A stretch of 64,000 nt of DNA from Lysobacteraceae bacterium (lineage in GTDB: Bacteria > Pseudomonadota > Gammaproteobacteria > Nevskiales > Nevskiaceae). Where the stretch lies: contig PNMW01000055.1 of the NCBI GenBank assembly GCA_013823855.1, forward strand, positions 234 through 64,233. Direction: 5' to 3'. Every line of letters starts with the position of its first letter. Within the stretch, counting starts at the first letter, position 1. Below, one piece after another: positions 58,660 through 64,000 of this stretch. Made by a program: the position numbers and the translations under genes. The notes under the pieces are model-generated. The model saw only the letters and a list, made by a program, of their open reading frames with translations, did no database searches and had not been told where the DNA came from.

Positions 58660-59996
58660 GCCTCGCCGCCGCTCGCGATACCCGGCTGCTGCGCAGCCTG
58701 AGTGCCGCCACCGACCGCGTCGCCAACACCCGCAGCGTGATCGTCGAAGGCGTGCTGAAGCGGGTCGTCGGCCTGACCCTGGAAGCGGTCGGCCTGCAAT
58801 CACAGATCGGCAGCCGCTGCCGCGTGGTCAACGCCGATGGCGGCATGCTCGAAGCCGAAGTGGTCGGCTTCAGCGGCGATCGCACCTATCTGATGCCGAC
58901 CGGCGAAATGGTTGGCTTGAAGCCCAATGCCCGGGTGATCCCGATGCAGCGGATGCCGCGGGTGCCGGTCGGCGACGGCCTGCTCGGCCGCGTGCTCGAT
59001 TCCGAAGGCGAGCCGCTCGACGGCCTCGGTCATCTGGTCTGCGCGCGCCGCCCCGCGACCCACACGCCGATCAATCCGCTGGCGCGGGCACCGATCAAGG
59101 AGCCGCTCGATGTCGGCGTGCGGGCGATCAACGCGCTGCTGACCGTCGGTCGCGGCCAGCGTCTGGGACTGTTCGCCGGCACCGGTGTCGGCAAGTCGAC
59201 CCTGCTCGGCATGATGACCCGCTACACGCAGGCGGACGTGATCGTCGTCGGACTGGTCGGCGAACGCGGCCGTGAAGTCCGCGATTTCATCGACAACGCG
59301 CTCGGCCCGGAAGCCTTGAAGCGCGCCGTGGTCGTGGCCACACCGGCCGACCGCTCGCCGCTGGCCCGCGTTCGCGGTGCCTGGCTGGCGACCCACATCG
59401 CCGAAGCGTTCCGCGACCAGGGCAGGAACGTGCTGCTGCTGATGGACTCCTTGAGCCGCTACGCGCAGGCGCTGCGCGAGATCGGTCTGGCGGTCGGCGA
59501 ACCACCGGCCACCCGCGGCTATCCGCCGAGCGTCTTCGCGCAGCTTCCCAAACTGGTCGAGCGCGCCGGCAACGGCCTGCCCGGCGGCGGCTCGATCACC
59601 GCGTTCTACACCGTGCTGGCCGAAGGCGACGACCAGAACGATCCGATCGCCGACGCGGCGCGCGGCATCCTCGACGGCCATTTCGTGCTGAGCCGCGCGA
59701 TCGCCGATGCCGGGATTTACCCGGCGATCGACATCGAGCAGTCGATCTCGCGCGTCGCCCATGAAGTGACACCACCCGATCACCAGAAGCGGGTCCGCGC
59801 GTTCAAGCAGACGGTGTCGAGCTACCAGCGCAATCGCGACCTGATCAACATCGGCGCCTACAAGGCCGGCGCCGATCCCAAGGTCGATCAGGCGCTGGCG
59901 ATGTGGCCGAAGCTCGAAGCCTTCCTGCGCCAGGACGTCCACGAACCCTCGCTGTTCCCGGCCAGCCGGCAGGCGCTGGCTGCGCTGTTCCCGTAA
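58656..59996 (+). CDS. fliI: Flagellar export ATPase
   Basis: [26 protein letters not shown]. Confidence 0.96.
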   Translation: MSLAAARDTRLLRSLSAATDRVANTRSVIVEGVLKRVVGLTLEAVGLQSQIGSRCRVVNADGGMLEAEVVGFSGDRTYLMPTGEMVGLKPNARVIPMQRMPRVPVGDGLLGRVLDSEGEPLDGLGHLVCARRPATHTPINPLARAPIKEPLDVGVRAINALLTVGRGQRLGLFAGTGVGKSTLLGMMTRYTQADVIVVGLVGERGREVRDFIDNALGPEALKRAVVVATPADRSPLARVRGAWLATHIAEAFRDQGRNVLLLMDSLSRYAQALREIGLAVGEPPATRGYPPSVFAQLPKLVERAGNGLPGGGSITAFYTVLAEGDDQNDPIADAARGILDGHFVLSRAIADAGIYPAIDIEQSISRVAHEVTPPDHQKRVRAFKQTVSSYQRNRDLINIGAYKAGADPKVDQALAMWPKLEAFLRQDVHEPSLFPASRQALAALFP

Positions 59997-60011
59997 GGAG
60001 CGATCCCGCCG

Positions 60012-60455
60012 ATGAGCCTGTCCAGGAGCCGTCTCGATCTGCTCAGCCGTGTCGCCGAGCGCAACGAGGAGGAAGCGCTGAATGCGCTGCGCGGAGCCGA
60101 AGCCCGGCATGCCGAAGCGACTGTGCTGCACGGCGAACTGAGCCGCTATCTCGACGACTACCAGGCGCGGCCGATCGGCCTGCCGAATCCGCTGCTGCTG
60201 GAGAACCAGCGGCAGTTCATCGCCAAGCTCGATGCCGCGCTGCAGGCGCAGGCCCAAGCCGTCGAAGCGGCACGGCAGCGGGTTGCCGTGGCGCGCGAAG
60301 CCTGGATGGCGACCCGCCGCGAGCTGCGCATCAGCCTGCTGCTGCAGGAGCAGGGCGCCGCCGAGGACCGGCGGATCGCCGATCGCCGCAGCCAGAAGGA
60401 AACCGACGAATTCGCGCTGAATCGCCACATCGCTGCCGGAGCCCCGCGCCCATGA
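60012..60455 (+). CDS. fliJ: Flagellar export chaperone
   Basis: Coiled coil, QKETDEF; synteny. Confidence 0.85.
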   Translation: MSLSRSRLDLLSRVAERNEEEALNALRGAEARHAEATVLHGELSRYLDDYQARPIGLPNPLLLENQRQFIAKLDAALQAQAQAVEAARQRVAVAREAWMATRRELRISLLLQEQGAAEDRRIADRRSQKETDEFALNRHIAAGAPRP

Positions 60456-61624
60456 CCGCTGCCGCCATTTCCGTCATCGCCTCCGGCGCGGCACGCCCCG
60501 CCGGCCGCAGCCAGGCCGGCGCTGCCGCCGACGGCGAGAGCGCCCCGTTCGCCAGCCTGCTCGGCAGCGCGCCGAACGAGACGACCCCGACCGAAGCGAA
60601 AGCCGAGGCCGGCACCGACGAGGCCGCGGCCCGCGACGACACCCCCCATGACGCTGCAGCGACGCCGCAGCTGCCGGCCTGGCTGCTGGCGCTGCGCGAT
60701 CCGCCGCCGGCGGTCACCGACGCCATGGCCGGCGATCCGGCGGCGGACGACGGCGCGATCAAGGGCAGCACGATGCTGCCCAGTCTCGGCCTGGGCCTGG
60801 ACGCGCTGCGCGCGCCGAAGGGCCGGCCCGGCGACACACCGCCGACGCAGGCCCCGCCGTTGCCGTCTGCCGATCACGGCCTGCCGGTGATCGGCACGGC
60901 CTTGGCCGGCGACGCCGCTGCCGGATCGCTATCGCTCGACGCGCTGCCGGCTGCTGCGGTCACGCTCGATGCCAGCCAGCGCGCGGCCCTCGATGCCGCG
61001 CTGGCGGGGCTCGACAGCGGTGGCGCGGCGGCAACCACGTCAGCCACGGCAGTGATCACGCCGGAACGCGGCGCGCCGGTGACCGCCAGTGCCGCGCCGA
61101 CGGCCAGCGACAGCGCCGCCGCCAGCGCCCTCGGTGCCAGCCTTGCCAACCAGACCGATGCCTACGGCGAGCCGCTGTCGCTGCAGGGCCAGGATGCCGG
61201 GCTGCGGCTCGGCGAACGGCTGCGCTGGCTGCGCGATTCCGGGATCCAGGAAGCACGCTTGCAGCTGCATCCGCGGGAACTCGGCAGTGTCGACATCCGC
61301 ATCCGCGTCGAAGGGCAGGGCGCATCGGTCTGGTTCGGCGCCGATCTTCCTGGCGCTCGTGCCGCGCTCGAAGCCAGCCTGCCGCAGCTGCGCGAACGGC
61401 TGGCCAGCGAGGGCCTGCAGCTGGCGCAGGTTTCGGTCGGCAGCCAGTCCCGGCAGCAGCCGGGCAGCGGCCAGCAGCAGGCCCCGGGTGACGATGGCGC
61501 GCGGCGTACGGCCACCGCCGACGGCCGCTTCGGCGACCGCGCCGGTCGCGCACCCGCCGTCGCGATCACGGCGGCGACCCCCAACCTGCGCGCTTCGAGC
61601 GGCCTAGTCGATCGCTACGCCTGA
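60452..61624 (+). CDS. fliK: Flagellar hook-length control protein
   Basis: Low-complexity N-terminus; LQLHPRELG, LPQLRERL, VDRYA. Confidence 0.9.
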   Translation: MTAAAISVIASGAARPAGRSQAGAAADGESAPFASLLGSAPNETTPTEAKAEAGTDEAAARDDTPHDAAATPQLPAWLLALRDPPPAVTDAMAGDPAADDGAIKGSTMLPSLGLGLDALRAPKGRPGDTPPTQAPPLPSADHGLPVIGTALAGDAAAGSLSLDALPAAAVTLDASQRAALDAALAGLDSGGAAATTSATAVITPERGAPVTASAAPTASDSAAASALGASLANQTDAYGEPLSLQGQDAGLRLGERLRWLRDSGIQEARLQLHPRELGSVDIRIRVEGQGASVWFGADLPGARAALEASLPQLRERLASEGLQLAQVSVGSQSRQQPGSGQQQAPGDDGARRTATADGRFGDRAGRAPAVAITAATPNLRASSGLVDRYA

Positions 61625-62151
61625 ACGGCGCTCCTGCGGGTCTGCAGCCGCGTCACTGCGTTGATGCCGGTCGCATCCGGCGCAACGAACGAGACGCGGC
61701 GATAGTGGTTCCATAGGCGCGCCGAAAGCGACCGCCATGGGCTCGAACTGCCCCACCCCGATGGGTGCGCCAACCCCATGTACTGACAGGCCGTAGTCCA
61801 CTGCGTCTGGGAGAGCGCATCCGACTGAACGGCGAATTCGAATATAAAAGAATGAATGTGAACCAGTTCACGGAGCGACACGAAATTCGCTTGAACTGTC
61901 ACGGAATCGGGATACGGTGGAAACGAAACCGATGACGCCAAGGAGGGCGCCATGCCTGCCTGCAATTTCGAGCGCGATGGGCGAGCCGCAACGAGAAACG
62001 ACTGTGTCGGCTTGTTGGAACCCGGAATTCCGTTCCCGGCGGTCCGATTGGAGTTCGAAGCGCCGGCCGACGGGACGATTCCATGTAAAGTTATCGAAAG
62101 GTTTCTCTTCATAAGGAAATTCGTCGCGCATTGCGGGAATGGCGCCGGACG

Positions 62152-63321
62152 ATGATCTTCCTGAAAAGCCTCATCGCCATGCTGGCTGTTGGCCCGATCA
62201 TGACCGTCAACGGTCAAAGCGCTGCCGATCCGCATCCCGCCGATCATCTGCGTGCTGCAAAAGCAGGGCTCGGCGCGCGTCTTTTCTCAGACGCTTCGCT
62301 CAGCGCCGATGGCAAGGTGAGTTGCGCGTCCTGTCACTTGCCGGATCACGGCTTCTCCGACCGCCGCGCCGTTTCAATTGGTGTCAATAGCAGGACCGGA
62401 ACACGCAATGCTCCCGATCTCGCAACCGTCGGAAGCTATCGATTCTTTTCCTGGGACGGGCGGGCGTCGACACTCGAAGCCCAGGTGCTGATGGCGCTTC
62501 TCGATCCGTTCGAACATGGTTTCGAATCCGCTTCCCAGTTGCTTGAAAAGCTGGATCTGGACAAGACATACCCAGGCGATTTCTCAACGGTATTCGGATC
62601 CGAAAGCCGGTCGGTCACGATCGAGAATTTCCTCTCGGCGATCACTTCCTACATTCGCTCCCTGGAGTCCAGCCAGGACTGGCTCGATCGGTACATCGTG
62701 GATAGTTCGAACGAAAAAGTTCCGGAAATCACGACGCGGGGACTTGAAGTGTTTCGCAATATTGCCGGGTGCTCCGATTGCCACACGATTACCGACCTTC
62801 ATGCGCCGTTGACTGACAACGGATTCCACGAGGGCGTTGCCCGGCCGCACGATCCATCGATGCACCTTGCCGACGTCGCCACGCAACTCGCTTCCACGAG
62901 TGCGGATGCCAGGGACCGCCTGATATCCGGGGATCCGGCAATTTCGGACCTCGGACGGTTTGTAGTGACACTGAATCCGGACGATATCGGGAAGTTCCGG
63001 ACACCTTCGCTCCGGAACGTAGCGAGTACCGGTCCATACATGCATGACGGCAGCATCGAATCACTGGAAGAAGCCATTGACTGGGAGCTCTACCGCCGTG
63101 GTGCGGCGTCGGGCCGGGCCATTGTCCTGACGCCACAGGATCGATCCGCGCTCATCGCATTCCTGAAGTCGCTGACGAACCGGAACCATGAGCCGATCGT
63201 CAACCCCGAGCCGCGAGAGTTCAGCCATATGGTTCCGTCCACGCTCCGCAGTCAGCCCGCCAGCCGCGAGCATCAGCGCGACGCATGGAGTCGCTCAGGT
63301 ATCACCAGTCGGAGTCTCTGA
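62152..63321 (+). CDS. Diheme cytochrome c peroxidase/MauG-family protein (lower GC)
   Basis: Signal peptide; CASCH, CSDCH; RNAPDL; TPSLRNVASTGPYMHDGS. Confidence 0.88.
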   Translation: MIFLKSLIAMLAVGPIMTVNGQSAADPHPADHLRAAKAGLGARLFSDASLSADGKVSCASCHLPDHGFSDRRAVSIGVNSRTGTRNAPDLATVGSYRFFSWDGRASTLEAQVLMALLDPFEHGFESASQLLEKLDLDKTYPGDFSTVFGSESRSVTIENFLSAITSYIRSLESSQDWLDRYIVDSSNEKVPEITTRGLEVFRNIAGCSDCHTITDLHAPLTDNGFHEGVARPHDPSMHLADVATQLASTSADARDRLISGDPAISDLGRFVVTLNPDDIGKFRTPSLRNVASTGPYMHDGSIESLEEAIDWELYRRGAASGRAIVLTPQDRSALIAFLKSLTNRNHEPIVNPEPREFSHMVPSTLRSQPASREHQRDAWSRSGITSRSL

Positions 63322-64000
63322 TGTCATTTCGAAATCGAATGTTCAGACTACTGGCTTGCCTGACGCTGTTGATTTCGGCTGACGGGCATGCGGACGTCCA
63401 GTACAGCTACGATGCGGCGGGGAAAGTGACCGGTGTCGTCGATGCGGCAGGGAATGCCGCCCGTTACGAGTACGACGCAGCAGGGAACATCAAGCGCATC
63501 GATCGCTTTGCGAGTACCGCGATTGCCATTTTCGGCTTCTCGCCCGCTCAGGGGCCGGCAGGGACTCGGGTCACGATATCCGGAAAAGGCTTCAGCACCG
63601 TCGCAAGCCAGAACGCGGTTCGATTCAACGGCGTGGCCTCGGGTGTGATCTCCGCGTCCACCGACAGGCTAGTGGTCACCGTCCCCGTTTCGGCGACTTC
63701 GGGAACCATCAGTGTCACCGCTCCGAGCGGCACCGCGGGCAGCCTCGATCCATTTGTCGTTTCTGCCGCGTCCAGCGCCCCCGCGATTGCCGGATTCGCC
63801 CCCGCTTACGGGGGCGTGGGGGATCAGTTCTCTGTTTCGGGAACCCGATTCTCGACCGTCATTCCCGACAATCAGCTGACCGTTGGCGGTTCACCGGCGG
63901 GAATCGTGGCCGCAACCTCGACGAGCCTCTCCGCACTTGTCGGAGCATCGACCCGATCGGGGCCCCTGCGCCTGACGACGCCAGGCGGGAGTGCCGTCAG
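63321..64000 (+). CDS. Secreted YD-repeat + IPT/TIG-domain (Rhs-like) protein, 3' truncated by window
   Basis: Not in the ORF track because it has no stop in the window; MSFRNRMFRLLACLTLLISADGHA-DVQYSYDAAGKVTGVVDAAGNAARYEYDAAGNI, then FSPAQGPAGTRVTISGKGF; TGATG coupling. Confidence 0.8.
   Translation, partial: MSFRNRMFRLLACLTLLISADGHADVQYSYDAAGKVTGVVDAAGNAARYEYDAAGNIKRIDRFASTAIAIFGFSPAQGPAGTRVTISGKGFSTVASQNAVRFNGVASGVISASTDRLVVTVPVSATSGTISVTAPSGTAGSLDPFVVSAASSAPAIAGFAPAYGGVGDQFSVSGTRFSTVIPDNQLTVGGSPAGIVAATSTSLSALVGASTRSGPLRLTTPGGSAV

Noticed and set aside
61615-62247. 210-aa minus-strand ORF after fliK
   Set aside because: Overlaps both fliK and the peroxidase gene and has no recognisable motif
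1-64000. tRNA, rRNA, IS transposase or CRISPR array
   Set aside because: None recognised by eye; tRNAscan/Rfam/ISEScan would be needed to exclude them formally

Overview
GC-rich (~68-70%) gammaproteobacterial chromosome segment. The flagellar gene order is Xanthomonadales/Nevskiales-like; the taxonomy is an inference. From left to right: (1) 1-11.6 kb, an operon of unknown function encoding a GlcG/HbpS-type heme-binding protein, an outer-membrane barrel, a 10-heme cytochrome fused to LVIVD-like repeats, a flavoprotein-cNMP-cNMP-4x[4Fe-4S] fusion, a bis-His membrane protein and an FHA-like/TM/10-heme cytochrome. Together these look like a complete trans-envelope electron conduit. (2) xseB-dxs co-transcribed with a polyprenyl-phosphoarabinose (UbiA/DprE1/DprE2-like) pathway. 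(3) An ECF sigma module, parE and a Cre-like recombinase. (4) mbnP/mbnH-like genes, a heavy-metal RND pump, a large secreted SBP56/methanethiol-oxidase-like protein, a PPIase, an ankyrin lipoprotein and two membrane-fusion proteins. The mbnP promoter shares a ~40-bp AT-rich motif with (5) an ssuF-GATase-cysB-TonB receptor sulfur-starvation cluster. (6) An attenuator-like leader in front of an amber-interrupted slipin-like remnant. (7) A flagellar cluster, fliC to fliK, with rpoN, fleQ and a MazEF-type insert. (8) A lower-GC insert after fliK with a MauG/CCP-type diheme protein coupled to a YD/IPT-TIG (Rhs-like) gene that runs off the window. All calls are from motif reading by eye; no database searches were run.
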